The notes: a model not told the origin generated them from the sequence alone. A DNA stretch of 32,000 bases from Candidatus Nanosynbacter sp. BB002 (GCF_037013405.1 NZ_CP146064.1:390001-422000), one strand, 5' to 3'; numbered from the stretch's first letter, positions 1 to 11,451 are shown. Program-made: numbers and translations.

Positions 1-3000
1 TTAGCCTTAACGACCAACTGCATGGTGCCTGGGATTTCGTAACGAGCTGGTGCGCCAGCTTCAGCAGCGATGACCAAGGTGTCCTCAGCCGCCTCAACCA
101 CACCGTCAAATGGTGCGACCAGCGGACGAGTGTCACCTTCGCCAGTTGCCAATACGTCGCCAGCCTTGACGCTTGAGCCAGCCTTGACCACGACGGTTCG
201 GCCGTCCAGCGGCAGGCGCTCAACCTTGCCCGATTCTGGGGTAACTTGGACGATGTACTTTTTGCCATCTTCCCAGACGTCAACTAACCCAGCAATTTCC
301 GTGACATACGCCTGACCCTTTGGTGTGCGCGCCTCGAACAATTCTTCAACACGCGGCAGACCTTGGGTGATGTCACCACCAGCGACACCAGAGTTGTGGA
401 AGGTACGCAAGGTTAGCTGAGTACCTGGCTCACCGACTGACTGAGCAGCGATGACACCGACTGGCTGATGATTACCAACCAATTTGCCAGTTGACATGTC
501 AACACCGTAACTGCGTTGTGGAATGCCGTTGAGGTTGTTAGTTGACAAGACTGATTGGATCTTGACGCTCTGGATGCTTTCATCGTCATCAATTGAGTCA
601 GCGATTTCCCGAGTGATCAATTCGTCCTTGTTGACGTGACCTGGAATCGTCTCAGCGGCATAACGACCAGCCAAGCGGTTCGAGAAGTCGATCATCGTTT
701 CTTCAGTTTCTGAACGGTAAATTGCGTAACCTTCGTCGTCACCTTCAACGTCCTCAACGGTGAAGACATCCTGCGCCACGTCGACCAAACGACGGGTCAG
801 GTAACCTGAGTCGGCGGTCTTGAGCGCGGTGTCAATCAGACCCTTACGCGCACCACGGGTTGCCACGAAGGCCTCAAGGCTGGACAAACCACCGGTGTAC
901 GAACTACGGATCGGCAGCTCAATTTCGTGGTTGGTTGCGTCCATCTGAATACCGATCATGGCGCTCGCCAGCTTCACGTTGGAAATATCACCACGAGCAC
1001 CAGAGTTAACCATCATGGAAATACTGGTGTCCATGTGCGCCAATTGATCCTTCAAGAACGCGGTAATCTTATTGTCGACGTTTCGCCAGGCATTCACTGT
1101 CAAGTTGTAACGCTCTTCTTCGGTGATCAGACCCTGGTCGAACTGCTCAGAGATCAAAGCCGCTTTAGCGTCACCCTCAGCCACGAACTCAGGGATTTCG
1201 TCGAAGTGCACGTAGTCGGTCATACCGGTCGACACCGCCGCGGTTGTCGCGAAGCGGAAAGCCTGACCCTTCATGCGGTCAGCGATTTTGGCAGTCTCCT
1301 CGGCACCGTACTTGTTAAAGATTTGCGCCAAGACCTTCTTCAGCTGTTTCTTGGTCTGGACGTTGTTGTCGTAAGGGAAGTCCTCTGGCAGAATCTCGTT
1401 AAAGAAGACGCGTCCCAAGGTTGTCTGACGCACCTTGCCTTTAGCAAAAATCCGGATTGGCGTTTGTAGCTGAATATCACCCTTGTCGTATGCCAACTCT
1501 GCTTCGTAAACTGAGCTAAATGACTTGATGTGGTCAGTCTGCGCCTGTGGCTTGTCATAGGTCAGGTAATAGTTACCCAGCACGATGTCCTGCGAAATGT
1601 GCAAGACTGGCGCACCGTCAGCAGGCTTCAGCAAGTTAGCAGTAGCGCTCATCAATTCGCGTGCCTCGGCTTGCGCTTCCTTAGAGAGTGGTAAGTGAAC
1701 GGCCATCTGGTCACCGTCAAAGTCAGCGTTAAAGCCGGCACAAACTAGCGGATGCAGTTGGATGGCTTTTCCTTCAACCAAAACTGGCTGGAAGGATTGG
1801 ATTGACAAACGGTGAAGTGACGGAGCACGGTTCAACAGCACGTATTTGCCTTCAATCACCGCATCCAATGCGTCCCAAACAACTGCTTCGCCTGATTCGA
1901 TCAACCGCGTTGCTGAGCGAATGTTGTGAGCAAATTCATTGCGGATCAGCCAGCTGATAACAAATGGCTTGAACAGTTCAAGCGCCATTTGTTTTGGCAA
2001 ACCACACTGGTGAATCTTCAATTTTGGACCAACGACGATGACTGAACGGCCAGAGTAGTCGACACGCTTACCGAGCAGGTTTTGACGGAAGCGTCCCTGC
2101 TTACCCTTTAGCATGTCGGAAATTGACTTCAAGCGGCGGCGACCACCAGTCGAACTGACGGCGCGACCACCACGAGCAGCAGCGTTGTCGATCAATGCGT
2201 CGACTGCTTCCTGTAGCATGCGCTTTTCGTTGCGCTGAATGACTTCTGGTGCATTGAGCTCAACCAATTTCTTCAGACGATTGTTACGGTTGATGATGCG
2301 GCGGTACAGGTCATTCAGGTCTGAGGTAGCAAATCGACCACCACTAAGGGCTACCATTGGGCGAAGGTCCGGTGGGATGACCGGCAATACACTCAGTGTC
2401 AAGCTGCTTGGCTTGATGCCAGCGGCGTGCATGCTCTCGAGCATCTTCAAACGCTTGAGGATTTTCTTCTCGCGCTGACCCTTGGCGCTTTCAGCCTCTT
2501 CGGTCAACTCTGCGATCAGCTGTGGCAAGTCGATCTCGTCTAGCAATGTCTTCAATGCTGAAGCACCCATGCCAACTTCGATGAGCTCATCGTATTCTTC
2601 TGGCAAGTTGCGGTAGTCAGTTTCAGACAACAACGCGCCCTTGTTTAGGCTGTCAAGCTGTGCTTTGCGAGTATTGTATTTCTCGTTCAATTCTTCAACT
2701 TCACGACTCTGCTCTTTGGCCAAGGCTTTGATGTCAGCACCGTCTTCTTCTGCCATTTTTTCATAGCGAATCTTGATAGCAGCACGACCAGCTTCAGTTT
2801 CAGCCTCTAGATCTGCGAGGTATTGGTCGCGAGTTGCTTCATCAACTTTCAAAATGACATAGGTCGCAAAGTAAGCTACTCGCTCCAAGTTGCGAACTGT
2901 CATGCCGAGCAATTGACTCATGGCACTTGGTGTGCCGCGCATAAACCAGATGTGCGCGACTGGTGCGGCCAGTTGAATGTGACCCATGCGCTCACGGCGA

Positions 3001-3281
3001 ACGATTGACTTGGTAACTAATTCACCATTTTTGTCAACCGCCGCTTCGCGTGAACGAACACCTTTTAGCTTTGAGTCGTGTGGATTGATGTCCTTAACGG
3101 GACCGAAAATTCGTTCACAGAACAAACCGTCACGCTCTGGCTTTTGAGTACGATAATTGATCGTTTCTGGCTTAGTAACTTCACCGTGACTCCATTTCAG
3201 GATATCTTCTGGGCTGGCAACCACTAAGCGTACTGCATCAAAATCGCTAATGCCAGTAGCATTGAATGCAAATTGCGCCAT
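1..3281 (-). CDS. rpoC: DNA-directed RNA polymerase subunit beta' (N-terminal ~1093 codons; C-terminus runs off the left edge)
   Basis: Absent from the ORF track because there is no stop in the window. My minus-strand translation from ATG 3281..3279 reads [61 protein letters not shown]... It contains the catalytic [12 protein letters not shown] motif (about 1695-1730). It starts 1 nt after the rpoB stop, with AAGGAGG inside the rpoB 3' end. Confidence 0.95.
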   Translation of the reverse strand, partial: MAQFAFNATGISDFDAVRLVVASPEDILKWSHGEVTKPETINYRTQKPERDGLFCERIFGPVKDINPHDSKLKGVRSREAAVDKNGELVTKSIVRRERMGHIQLAAPVAHIWFMRGTPSAMSQLLGMTVRNLERVAYFATYVILKVDEATRDQYLADLEAETEAGRAAIKIRYEKMAEEDGADIKALAKEQSREVEELNEKYNTRKAQLDSLNKGALLSETDYRNLPEEYDELIEVGMGASALKTLLDEIDLPQLIAELTEEAESAKGQREKKILKRLKMLESMHAAGIKPSSLTLSVLPVIPPDLRPMVALSGGRFATSDLNDLYRRIINRNNRLKKLVELNAPEVIQRNEKRMLQEAVDALIDNAAARGGRAVSSTGGRRRLKSISDMLKGKQGRFRQNLLGKRVDYSGRSVIVVGPKLKIHQCGLPKQMALELFKPFVISWLIRNEFAHNIRSATRLIESGEAVVWDALDAVIEGKYVLLNRAPSLHRLSIQSFQPVLVEGKAIQLHPLVCAGFNADFDGDQMAVHLPLSKEAQAEARELMSATANLLKPADGAPVLHISQDIVLGNYYLTYDKPQAQTDHIKSFSSVYEAELAYDKGDIQLQTPIRIFAKGKVRQTTLGRVFFNEILPEDFPYDNNVQTKKQLKKVLAQIFNKYGAEETAKIADRMKGQAFRFATTAAVSTGMTDYVHFDEIPEFVAEGDAKAALISEQFDQGLITEEERYNLTVNAWRNVDNKITAFLKDQLAHMDTSISMMVNSGARGDISNVKLASAMIGIQMDATNHEIELPIRSSYTGGLSSLEAFVATRGARKGLIDTALKTADSGYLTRRLVDVAQDVFTVEDVEGDDEGYAIYRSETEETMIDFSNRLAGRYAAETIPGHVNKDELITREIADSIDDDESIQSVKIQSVLSTNNLNGIPQRSYGVDMSTGKLVGNHQPVGVIAAQSVGEPGTQLTLRTFHNSGVAGGDITQGLPRVEELFEARTPKGQAYVTEIAGLVDVWEDGKKYIVQVTPESGKVERLPLDGRTVVVKAGSSVKAGDVLATGEGDTRPLVAPFDGVVEAAEDTLVIAAEAGAPARYEIPGTMQLVVKA

Positions 3282-3282
3282 C

Positions 3283-6200
3283 TTACGCATCCTCCTTTAT
3301 TTCTTCTACTTCGTCAATGTCTTGTACGCTCATGCCCCCTTCGATTTCTCCGATATCATCAGATTCATCCAAGAAAGTTTCTGCTTCTTCGTCCTCAGAC
3401 GTTACCGCAGGCGTGGTTTTATCTTCAGGTCCACTGGACGCGATCACGTGCTCAGCGTCAACGACAGCTTCATCATCCACCAAGTCAACCTTCAGACCCA
3501 ATCCCTGGAGTTCCTTGACCAACACGTTGAAGGACTCTGGGAGTTTCGGACCGACGATCGGCTCGTCCTTGATGATCGACTCGTACGCCTTGGCGCGGCC
3601 ATAGACATCGTCAGATTTGATGGTTAGCATTTCCTGCAAGGTTGCGGCGGCACCGTAGGCTTCCAGTGCCCAGACCTCCATCTCACCGAAGCGCTGACCA
3701 CCGTTCTGTGCTTTACCACCGAGCGGCTGCTGAGTAACCATGGTGTATGGACCAGTTGAGCGGGCGTGAATCTTGTCAGAAACCATGTGGTGCAATTTGA
3801 TCATGTGCATCACACCGACTGTGGTGCGCTCTTCAAAGGCTTCACCGGTTCGACCATCAAACAATTGACTCTTACCATCGCGTGCTAGTCCTGCTTTTTC
3901 TAGTTCATCAGAAATTGTTGCTGATGGCACACCGTTAAATGATGGAGTTGCGACGCGGTAACCCAATGCTCGTGCCGCCATACCAAGGTGTGTTTCAAAC
4001 AACTGACCAAGGTTCATACGACTTGGCACACCGAGTGGGTTCAAAATTACGTCAATTGGCGTACCGTCTTCCATGAATGGCATGTCTTCAACTGGCAGAA
4101 CCTTGGCGACCACGCCCTTGTTACCGTGACGACCAGCCATCTTGTCACCAACACCGATTTTGCGGAGCTGGGCCACAAAGATTTGAATCTGCATCAACAC
4201 GCCAGCTTTCAAGTCATGGCCATTTTCGCGGCTAAAGATTTTGACGCCAACGACTTTACCACCACCTGCATTGTTCATGCGCTGTGAGGTGTCGCGAACG
4301 TCTTTGGCTTTTTCACCGAAGATGGCGCGGAGCAAGCGCTCCTCGGAACTAAGTTCCTGCTCGCCCTTTGGTGTAATTTTACCGACCAAGACGTCACCGG
4401 CCTTGACCTCAGAACCAATTTGGACGATACCGTTTTCGTCCAAGTGGCGTAGACTTTCCTCAGAAACGTTTGGAATATCGCGGGTAACAATCTCTGGACC
4501 CAATTTGGTTTCACGAACTTCAACATTGTAATCTTTAATGTTGATGGATGTCAGTGTGTCGTCTTGTACCAATCGGTTAGACAAAATCACCGCGTCTTCC
4601 ATGTTGTAACCACCCCATGGCATAAAGGCCACCAACAGGTTACGTCCCAGTGCAATTTCGCCCTCCGCAACTGAAGCGCCTTCGATCAGGACATCGCCCT
4701 GCTTTACCTTATCGCCACGCTTGACGCGAACTTTCTGGTTGTAGCAGCGGTCGTCATTGTTTTTAACAAAATGACGGAGCTCATATACTTTGACGCCGCC
4801 ACTGTATTTGACGTGAATTTCATTTGCATCAGCTTTGACTACTTCACCGTCACCTGACGCCAAGGTTAAGTGACCACTGTTTGCAGCAATGGACTTTTCG
4901 ACGCCCGTACCAACAGTTGCTGGTTCTGGTGTGAGCAGCGGTACTGCCTGGCGCTGCATGTTTGAGCCAGTCAAGCTACGGTCGATACGGTTCTTTTCGA
5001 TGAACGGAACCAAGGCTGCAGTTGATCCCAAAATCTGCTTGTGTGCTGCGTCCATGTAGGTAACTTGATCAGCATCAACCTGAGATGGTTGCATATTGTT
5101 ACGAGCTGACACGCGCTCATCACGGAACGTACCGTCTTCGTTCAACACAGCACCAGCATCAGCGATCACTTCAGCGGCTTCCTGCGCCGCGTCCAAGTAG
5201 ACAACATCGTCAGTCACGCGGCCGTTGACAACCTTGAGGTATGGCGTTTCGATAAAGCCGTATTCATTGACCCGTGCGTAGGTGGCGAGGTTTAGCACCA
5301 AACCAACGTTAGCACCTTCTGGTGTCTCCACCGAACAGATACGACCGTAGTGTGTTGGGTGAGCGTCACGAACGTCAAAACCAGCACGTTCACGGCTCAA
5401 ACCACCAGGACCCATCGAACTCAAACGACGTTTGTGGCTCAGTTCGGACAGCGGGTTGACCTCGTCCATCAACTGACTCAACTGTGAGCTAGTGAAGAAT
5501 TCACGAACTGCTGCCACCACTGGGCGAGCATTGATCAGCTGGCTTGGCGTTACACCTTCCATGTCTGCCACACTCATGCGGTCCATAGCGTTGCGCTGCA
5601 TCCTGAGCATACCAACGCGGAACTGACGAGCTACCAATTCACCAACCAGCTTCACTCGACGGTTGCTCAATGAGTCGATGTCATCGGCTGGCTCTTGGGT
5701 GTTGTTGAGGCGAATGATTTCGCGGATGATGGCTACCAAGTCGCTCATCTGGAAAATACGGTTTTCAGCGGTATTGGCAACGTCCAGACCCAGGCGTTGG
5801 TTCAGCTTGTAGCGACCAACACGAGAATAATCAAAGCGCTTGAAATCAAAGAACATTCGCTCAATCATCTGACGTGCATTGTCGACTGTCGCCAAATCAC
5901 CCGGCCGGAGACGGCGATAAACCTCGATCAGCGCTTCATTGGCACCACGAGTTGTGTCCTTGTCCAAAGTTTCTTGGATGTAGCTGGTCTCACCAGTGTC
6001 AATGTCAGCAAATAGTTCACGAATTTCTGACGTTTTTGGATGACCCAAAGCACGCAGCAATGTCGTCACTGGCAATTTGCGACGACGGTCAATCTTGACA
6101 TAAATCGTGCCATTTGGCGCAGTCTCAAACTCCAGCCATGCACCACGACCTGGGATCATCTTGGCACCGTAGTAATTGCGGCCAGCCACGGTGTCAGCCG

Positions 6201-6633
6201 TAAAGAATACACCAGCTGAGCGAATCAGTTGGCTGACCACCACGCGCTCAGTACCATTGATGATAAAGGTACCGCGCTCGGTCATCCATGGATAATCACC
6301 AAGGTAGATTTCCTGTTCTTTGACTTCGCCCGTGACTTTGTTGGTTAGTTCAACGGTTGCGTGCAGTGGCGCTTCAAACGTCAAATTGTTCTCCTTGGCG
6401 AACTGATCGGTGGTCTTTGGTTCGTCAAATCGATACGCACCAAATCGCAATGACAATTTCTGACCAGTATAGTCGTCAATTGGATTAATTTCTGAAAAGA
6501 TTTCGCTCAAACCATCCTCGACGAACCAACGCCAAGAATCTTCTTGATGAGCGATCAGGTTTGGCAGCGGCAACGAGCTGTCTTCAGAGGTGAAGAACAC
6601 GCGTCCGCCATCCGTGGACTGTTGTTTTGCCAC
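3283..6633 (-). CDS. rpoB: DNA-directed RNA polymerase subunit beta
   Basis: 1116-aa ORF with typical beta-subunit blocks ([39 protein letters not shown]). GTG start at 6633 preceded by GAGGAG. Directly followed by rpoC. Confidence 0.97.
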   Translation of the reverse strand: MAKQQSTDGGRVFFTSEDSSLPLPNLIAHQEDSWRWFVEDGLSEIFSEINPIDDYTGQKLSLRFGAYRFDEPKTTDQFAKENNLTFEAPLHATVELTNKVTGEVKEQEIYLGDYPWMTERGTFIINGTERVVVSQLIRSAGVFFTADTVAGRNYYGAKMIPGRGAWLEFETAPNGTIYVKIDRRRKLPVTTLLRALGHPKTSEIRELFADIDTGETSYIQETLDKDTTRGANEALIEVYRRLRPGDLATVDNARQMIERMFFDFKRFDYSRVGRYKLNQRLGLDVANTAENRIFQMSDLVAIIREIIRLNNTQEPADDIDSLSNRRVKLVGELVARQFRVGMLRMQRNAMDRMSVADMEGVTPSQLINARPVVAAVREFFTSSQLSQLMDEVNPLSELSHKRRLSSMGPGGLSRERAGFDVRDAHPTHYGRICSVETPEGANVGLVLNLATYARVNEYGFIETPYLKVVNGRVTDDVVYLDAAQEAAEVIADAGAVLNEDGTFRDERVSARNNMQPSQVDADQVTYMDAAHKQILGSTAALVPFIEKNRIDRSLTGSNMQRQAVPLLTPEPATVGTGVEKSIAANSGHLTLASGDGEVVKADANEIHVKYSGGVKVYELRHFVKNNDDRCYNQKVRVKRGDKVKQGDVLIEGASVAEGEIALGRNLLVAFMPWGGYNMEDAVILSNRLVQDDTLTSINIKDYNVEVRETKLGPEIVTRDIPNVSEESLRHLDENGIVQIGSEVKAGDVLVGKITPKGEQELSSEERLLRAIFGEKAKDVRDTSQRMNNAGGGKVVGVKIFSRENGHDLKAGVLMQIQIFVAQLRKIGVGDKMAGRHGNKGVVAKVLPVEDMPFMEDGTPIDVILNPLGVPSRMNLGQLFETHLGMAARALGYRVATPSFNGVPSATISDELEKAGLARDGKSQLFDGRTGEAFEERTTVGVMHMIKLHHMVSDKIHARSTGPYTMVTQQPLGGKAQNGGQRFGEMEVWALEAYGAAATLQEMLTIKSDDVYGRAKAYESIIKDEPIVGPKLPESFNVLVKELQGLGLKVDLVDDEAVVDAEHVIASSGPEDKTTPAVTSEDEEAETFLDESDDIGEIEGGMSVQDIDEVEEIKEDA

Positions 6634-6784
6634 AGGTATGAACTCCTCGCTTTAGTTTAATTTAGTGATCACGGCCGGAAGATCCCTAATTCACGACTGC
6701 AACAAAAGCGATTTGCCTGTTCGCTTTGTTTCTTCCTGTCGTGAATACACTACTTCTCTAAGTACCAGTATGCACGAAACCAGG

Positions 6785-7456
6785 TCAAAAATCAATATTA
6801 TTTCTGGAGATTTCTTGAAGAATTTGCTGATGTACGTCAGTCGGCGAACGCTCAGCCAAAATCAGTGGAATATTGTGCGTTTTAGCAACAGTTTGATAGC
6901 CATCATTAATCTTCTGCTGGAACGCATCATCACGTGACTCAAAACTATCAACCGCCTCTGTCGTACCGCGCTCGGCGATGCGCTGCTGCCTGACACGGTC
7001 ATCCGCAAATAATACCACAACAAAGTCAGGGTTCATGTACCGCTCATGAGTAAAACGCTTGGTCATGTTGATGATGGCTTCCTGGGCTATACCTTCGCCA
7101 TGACCTTGATAGACCAAAGTCGACAAATAGTTCCTGGAGCTCAACACCACCGCGCCACGACGCAAAGCCGGCTCAATTTTGTGAAACCACAGCTCACGCC
7201 GCGCTGCACTGAACAACAGTAGATTGACCTCCGGATCCAACTTAAACCGATTATCTTTCAGAACCCTCCGATATTCATTGGCGACTGGCGTGGTTTTAGT
7301 CTCATCATCGCTGCCTGGCTCCTCGACAACAACAACTTCACGCCCGCGTTCTCTCAGCCACACTGCCAACATATCCACTTGCGTGGATTTACCGGTGCCG
7401 TCATTGCCTTCAATGACGAGATATTTGCCTGCGACATTTGGCGAATTTTCCATCAC
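6785..7456 (-). CDS. tmk: thymidylate (dTMP) kinase
   Basis: 223 aa with P-loop EGNDGTGKST and Tmk-like size and layout. Start (GTG 7456 or ATG 7453) overlaps the dcd stop. Confidence 0.85.
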   Translation of the reverse strand: MMENSPNVAGKYLVIEGNDGTGKSTQVDMLAVWLRERGREVVVVEEPGSDDETKTTPVANEYRRVLKDNRFKLDPEVNLLLFSAARRELWFHKIEPALRRGAVVLSSRNYLSTLVYQGHGEGIAQEAIINMTKRFTHERYMNPDFVVVLFADDRVRQQRIAERGTTEAVDSFESRDDAFQQKINDGYQTVAKTHNIPLILAERSPTDVHQQILQEISRNNIDF

Positions 7457-8172
7457 AATAGCCCCTGGCTCAAGCCGTCAATTGGTACGGGGGTTTTGCG
7501 CCTGTCACGGTACGTCTTTGGCAGTAACATATCTGGCTGCCAACTGGCGATGATTTCCTTCAAATCGTTCCCGGTCTGATATTTATCACTGACCTTACGC
7601 GCGCCAGAACCATAGCCACCCTCAACTGGCCCAGTTTTGTGAAAAATCATTTGACCAATGCGTTCGCCAACCGGCAACACAACGCTCTCGTGCATGTTGA
7701 GATTATAAATTTCCAGCGTAATCCGATTGATATACCCTGGATCGATCCAGCCAGCATCAAAGCACACCGCCACGCCATTGCGCCCCCATGAGCTACGGCT
7801 CAACACCTGCGCTGCGCCGCCCTGTGCGCGAATACCGACAAACTCGTGCGTGTGCGCCAAAATCCGCTCGCCAGGACGCAGCACGATGATCGGATGGTCT
7901 GGTGGGATGTTTTGAAATGGCGTTGCATCGTGCTCCTTGCACCATTCGGCATGCGGCATAGCTTTGAGCGGACCTTTGAAATATTTAGCAACATACGCCG
8001 CGTCAAAGGGATTATAGACGCGATATTCGCCTTCAAATTCCTGCTTATAGTAGTAGTGACCCAGCGTAAAATCCAAACTGGCTTCTGCCACATGGTCAGG
8101 ATTGAACGGCTGACAGACGATAATGTCGTCGTTGATGGCTTGGCGGATTTCGATATTGCTATAAACAGTCAT
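7453..8172 (-). CDS. dcd: dCTP deaminase / dUTPase-superfamily protein (long form)
   Basis: 239 aa. N-terminus MTVYSNIEIRQAINDDIIV plus SRSSWGRNG, GWIDPGY and PVGERIGQMIF resemble the Dcd/Dut trimeric fold. GGAG RBS before ATG 8172. Confidence 0.8.
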   Translation of the reverse strand: MTVYSNIEIRQAINDDIIVCQPFNPDHVAEASLDFTLGHYYYKQEFEGEYRVYNPFDAAYVAKYFKGPLKAMPHAEWCKEHDATPFQNIPPDHPIIVLRPGERILAHTHEFVGIRAQGGAAQVLSRSSWGRNGVAVCFDAGWIDPGYINRITLEIYNLNMHESVVLPVGERIGQMIFHKTGPVEGGYGSGARKVSDKYQTGNDLKEIIASWQPDMLLPKTYRDRRKTPVPIDGLSQGLL

Positions 8173-8175
8173 GAT

Positions 8176-8613
8176 TTATTTACTCCACAAAATATACGGT
8201 TTAACACTAGTGAATAACATATTTTTTGGTTTGCCATGTGTTTTAATGAGGTGGGTGTGTTGATGAGCGACGGATTTTTGTTTATTTTCTGGAGCTCGAG
8301 CATAAACAGAGTATCCCTGTTCTTCGTACTCAGCAATCACGTCCATCAACTCAGCTCGTTCTGTCTTGTCCAACTGGTAGATGCCTTCAACATGACGCCT
8401 GGGGACGACCATGATGTGGTCAGCGACTTCATGACTGTCCCAAATCTCATATGGAAACAGGTTGTCTGTCACCAAGAAGTATTCATGCGCTACTCGCACT
8501 TGCTTGTCTTCTGGACTAAATTGACAAAAATTACACCCAGGTGCTGCCTGCTGTTTCATCATTTTTCGATATTTGACATAGCGCTGCTCTGTCGACCGTC
8601 GCCGATAAACCAT
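8176..8613 (-). CDS. HIT-family nucleotide hydrolase/transferase
   Basis: Histidine-triad motif HQHTHLI near the C-terminus. I prefer the ATG at 8613 (MVYRRRS...) because GGAGGAAAC lies immediately upstream; the longer track ORF (to 8676) lacks an RBS. Confidence 0.8.
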   Translation of the reverse strand: MVYRRRSTEQRYVKYRKMMKQQAAPGCNFCQFSPEDKQVRVAHEYFLVTDNLFPYEIWDSHEVADHIMVVPRRHVEGIYQLDKTERAELMDVIAEYEEQGYSVYARAPENKQKSVAHQHTHLIKTHGKPKNMLFTSVKPYILWSK

Positions 8614-8644
8614 GTTTCCTCCGTTTTCCTCAGTATCTGTTAAA

Positions 8645-8673
8645 AGTATAGCACGTCTGGCATGAGCATCATA
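8645..8673 (-). promoter_or_regulatory. candidate promoter of the HIT-dcd-tmk operon (extended -10 TGcTATACT)
   Basis: Minus strand reads gacgTGcTATACT (-10 at 8650..8645). The -35 is weak (TATGAT at 8673..8668). Confidence 0.35.
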
Positions 8674-8718
8674 CACTGGTTTTCGCCCTCAAATACAACT
8701 TCTAGCAACATCACATCA

Positions 8719-8747
8719 TTGACATATCAACACTTTTTTGTTATTAT
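8719..8747 (+). promoter_or_regulatory. sigma70-like promoter TTGACA-17-TATTAT
   Basis: TTGACA at 8719-8724, exact 17-nt spacer, TATTAT at 8742-8747. About 50 nt upstream of the AAGGAG RBS and ATG at 8798. Confidence 0.5.
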
Positions 8748-8797
8748 ATAAAAAGTATTTGATCAAATTGTTAATAGTGAGAGACAAGGAGAAATAC

Positions 8798-9205
8798 ATG
8801 GATCATAAAAATAGCTTAACATGCTTACCAGTTATTTTTGGACCAAATGAGTTAGGCCTCAGTACAAAAACCACTGGTACTGGCGAAGGCTCAAAATGGG
8901 AGACTGCTTTTGTAGTCGCCGACCCGCAAGGGATTATTAGAGAGGTTGAAACACCCAGCACTCCTGACGAAGCTCTCGTGCCTCCACACAGGATAGTCGC
9001 TGTTGATATTGATCAATGTTTGCCTCAGGAGAGTAGTCCCGGTCAATCTCATATCGTCGGTAATGCCGTGGAAATACGACCAGACCTAGACCCGGACGCA
9101 GAGCCGAGAAAACTGGGGCGAGCCGCCGTCTTTGGTTACGACCCAAAAACTGGCAAAGGCGTCATGGTGCTCAACCCAGACCAGGCAGCAACCGAAGAAG
9201 AATAG
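8798..9205 (+). CDS. hypothetical protein (135 aa)
   Basis: ATG at 8798 preceded by AAGGAGAAATAC. No motif recognised. Sits upstream of the HD-like gene on the same strand. Confidence 0.55.
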   Translation: MDHKNSLTCLPVIFGPNELGLSTKTTGTGEGSKWETAFVVADPQGIIREVETPSTPDEALVPPHRIVAVDIDQCLPQESSPGQSHIVGNAVEIRPDLDPDAEPRKLGRAAVFGYDPKTGKGVMVLNPDQAATEEE

Positions 9206-9235
9206 ACCGCTCCCTTTCTAGCGTATCGCTCATGC

Positions 9236-9264
9236 TTGGGCGACGCTTATAAACATCTTATACT
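9236..9264 (+). promoter_or_regulatory. candidate promoter TTGGGC-17-TATACT, 6 nt before the ATG (leaderless type)
   Basis: TTGGGC 9236-9241, 17-nt spacer, TATACT 9259-9264, then aagagt and ATG at 9271. No SD. Confidence 0.35.
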
Positions 9265-9270
9265 AAGAGT

Positions 9271-10806
9271 ATGTCAGACAAACTGTACCTCAGAGAAGAC
9301 ATCATGCCGGGATATCAAGGCGATCCAGGCGAGACTATCATGGGAGCATTACACATGCCGTCCTATGAATTGGAGGACAATTCAATGGTGATTCATGATG
9401 CAGTATGGGGAGACTGCTTAATTGGTGACCGACAGCCGTACGATTCACTACTCATGGAGCTGGCACGTTCACCGCTGTTTCGCAGACTGCAAGCAGTCGA
9501 GCAACTGACATTGCCACCATCGTTCTCTACAGTGCCCAACACAACCCTCTTTTCCCGGTGGCAACACATCTGGGGAAGCTTGGCTTTTGTGCGGAAAATG
9601 ACCGAAGGTGATGATCGGTTCGATGACCGACAGCGAACCGTATTGGAGCTGCGAACGCTGTTTTCTGATGTTGGACAGACGGCTTTCTCACACTTGGGAG
9701 ACTGGATTTTCCAAGGTATCCAAGGCGGAGAAAACCTCCACGACCAAGATTTGAGGGCGTTACTGGAGACGTTTGGTATCGATGAAACATTAGCCGACTA
9801 TGGCCTAACCCTGGAGGAAACCGTCTTCCCTGAGACAGAAGACTGGGTGGAGTGTCCGTCACCGGCTTTGTGTGTTGATAGAGTTGACTACGGTATGCGC
9901 GAAGTTTTGCGTTGGTCAGGCTGGCCAATGGGCATCATGCAATATGAAGATCGGCTCCAAGATCCCAAGTCTCTCTTCCGCATCAATGACCACATGATGT
10001 TAGAAATCACAGATCAAGAGTTTGCTCGTCGCTTTGCCGCCGGTTACAGTATTTTACCGACAGAGCACTGGGCGCAGCCAGTGCATCGACTACAACTTGA
10101 ACTATTGCAAACCGCTACCAAGCAAGCACTGACTGGTGGTGGACATTTTAGTGACGGGGTCCCTCTAACTCACCCTGTCCATCCTCGTGACCGCATGTAT
10201 GGCATCGATTCGGACTTTCGCTTCGCTTTTAGCGGTGGCGACGCTGCCCTCAGGAGAATATTAGAGACTATTGGTTATCATCAGCGGCAAATCTACAAGC
10301 GAGCACGTCAAGCAGATCTCCGCAGTCTATTTGGCGAGATGAAAGGTGACTTTCCCGAATTCCCTGACCCATTGACCTCGTATTGCCCAAAATCCCGCAA
10401 TTTCATGCTGGTCGCACCGCAGGTGGAGATAGAAAGAAACAATACAGCACAGCAAGGTATGGCGTTAGATATGGGGCGCATCGCCATTGGGCTGCCAGCC
10501 CTGAAGGCGCGGCTGATCGATCCGCCCGTTCAAACCACTGAGGGTATAGCACCGTTGAGTGAGATTGATCCAAGCTACAAAAACTATTTGGACGGCCAAA
10601 CCAGAACCATGAAAATGGGCTATCAGGCAATAGTAATGCTCAACAGAGACTTCAGTCAACGCATTTATGATATCTATAGCGAAGCGTCAGCAACCTGGCA
10701 ACGCTGTTCAACTATGCCGCGAAACGCTGATAATCTGCGCAACCTTGTTGCTCAAGCTGGTTTTTACGGTGCTGGCGCGCGCTTTGATGATATTCGCGAG
10801 ATATAA
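9271..10806 (+). CDS. SAMHD1/COG1078-like HD-superfamily protein with degenerate HD motif
   Basis: 511 aa. IHDAVWG...SPLFRRLQAVEQL...FSRWQHIWGS...LFSDVGQTAFSH...VDRVDYGMRE parallels the dNTP-triphosphohydrolase pattern IhDpvhG..FqRLr.ikQL..RfeHSlGv..LlHDiGHgPFSH..DrlDYl.RD. However, HD is SD and GH is GQ here. Confidence 0.75.
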   Translation: MSDKLYLREDIMPGYQGDPGETIMGALHMPSYELEDNSMVIHDAVWGDCLIGDRQPYDSLLMELARSPLFRRLQAVEQLTLPPSFSTVPNTTLFSRWQHIWGSLAFVRKMTEGDDRFDDRQRTVLELRTLFSDVGQTAFSHLGDWIFQGIQGGENLHDQDLRALLETFGIDETLADYGLTLEETVFPETEDWVECPSPALCVDRVDYGMREVLRWSGWPMGIMQYEDRLQDPKSLFRINDHMMLEITDQEFARRFAAGYSILPTEHWAQPVHRLQLELLQTATKQALTGGGHFSDGVPLTHPVHPRDRMYGIDSDFRFAFSGGDAALRRILETIGYHQRQIYKRARQADLRSLFGEMKGDFPEFPDPLTSYCPKSRNFMLVAPQVEIERNNTAQQGMALDMGRIAIGLPALKARLIDPPVQTTEGIAPLSEIDPSYKNYLDGQTRTMKMGYQAIVMLNRDFSQRIYDIYSEASATWQRCSTMPRNADNLRNLVAQAGFYGAGARFDDIREI

Positions 10807-10807
10807 G

Positions 10808-11404
10808 TTACGCTTTCTTGACCACCGCGTCGATCAGGCCATAGGCTACGGCTTCTTCTGGCTTCATCCAGTAGTCGCGCTCCATATCAGCTTTGATTTT
10901 GGCGAGCTTTTGACCAGTGTTTTTGGCCATGATTTTTGCCAGCATTTCCTTCATCTCCAGCGTCTCTTTCAGGTCAATTTCCATGTCAGTCACCTTACCA
11001 CGCGTACCTGACGATGGCTGATGGATCATCACTTTGGCGTGCGGCAAGCAAAATCGCTTGCCCTTGGCACCGCTTGAGAGCAAGAATGCGCCCATACTAG
11101 CTTGCAAACCGATGCCGTAGGTCGCGACGTCAGGCTTGATGAAATTCATGGTGTCGTAAATCGCTAAACCGTCATACACGCTACCACCAGGGCTATTGAT
11201 GTACAGCGAGACGTCAGCCTCTGGGTCAACCTGAGCCAAGTGCAGCAGCTGCGCCACCACAATGTTGGCGGTGTGCTCATTTACTTCCTCACCCAGAAAA
11301 ATTATTCGCTCGTTCAAGAGACGTGAATAAATATCAAACGCTCGTTCGCCATCAGAAGATTTTTCAATAACAGTTGGTACCAGGTAGCTATTTACTTTAT
11401 TCAT
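10808..11404 (-). CDS. clpP: ATP-dependent Clp protease proteolytic subunit
   Basis: [41 protein letters not shown]... and later blocks ([17 protein letters not shown]) are classic ClpP. I prefer ATG 11404 over the longer track start. Confidence 0.92.
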   Translation of the reverse strand: MNKVNSYLVPTVIEKSSDGERAFDIYSRLLNERIIFLGEEVNEHTANIVVAQLLHLAQVDPEADVSLYINSPGGSVYDGLAIYDTMNFIKPDVATYGIGLQASMGAFLLSSGAKGKRFCLPHAKVMIHQPSSGTRGKVTDMEIDLKETLEMKEMLAKIMAKNTGQKLAKIKADMERDYWMKPEEAVAYGLIDAVVKKA

Positions 11405-11411
11405 GAACCAT

Positions 11412-11445
11412 ATTATAGCATATAGCCAGCACCTCATGGTACACT
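11412..11445. promoter_or_regulatory. back-to-back extended -10 promoters for clpP (-) and folA (+) in a 47-bp intergenic region
   Basis: Minus strand: TGcTATAAT (-10 at 11417..11412), 7 nt, ATG 11404. Plus strand: TGgTACACT (-10 at 11440-11445), 6 nt, ATG 11452. Neither gene has an SD. Confidence 0.45.
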
Positions 11446-11451
11446 GAGAAT

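Noticed and set aside
70-6100. Numerous + strand ORFs (e.g. 927..1469, 2239..2478, 3250..3627, 3988..4287, 5695..6015) and the minus ORF 1340..1558 inside rpoC and rpoB
   Set aside because: All lie antisense to, or out of frame within, the strongly supported rpoC and rpoB frames. They have odd composition and no RBS. They are shadow ORFs.
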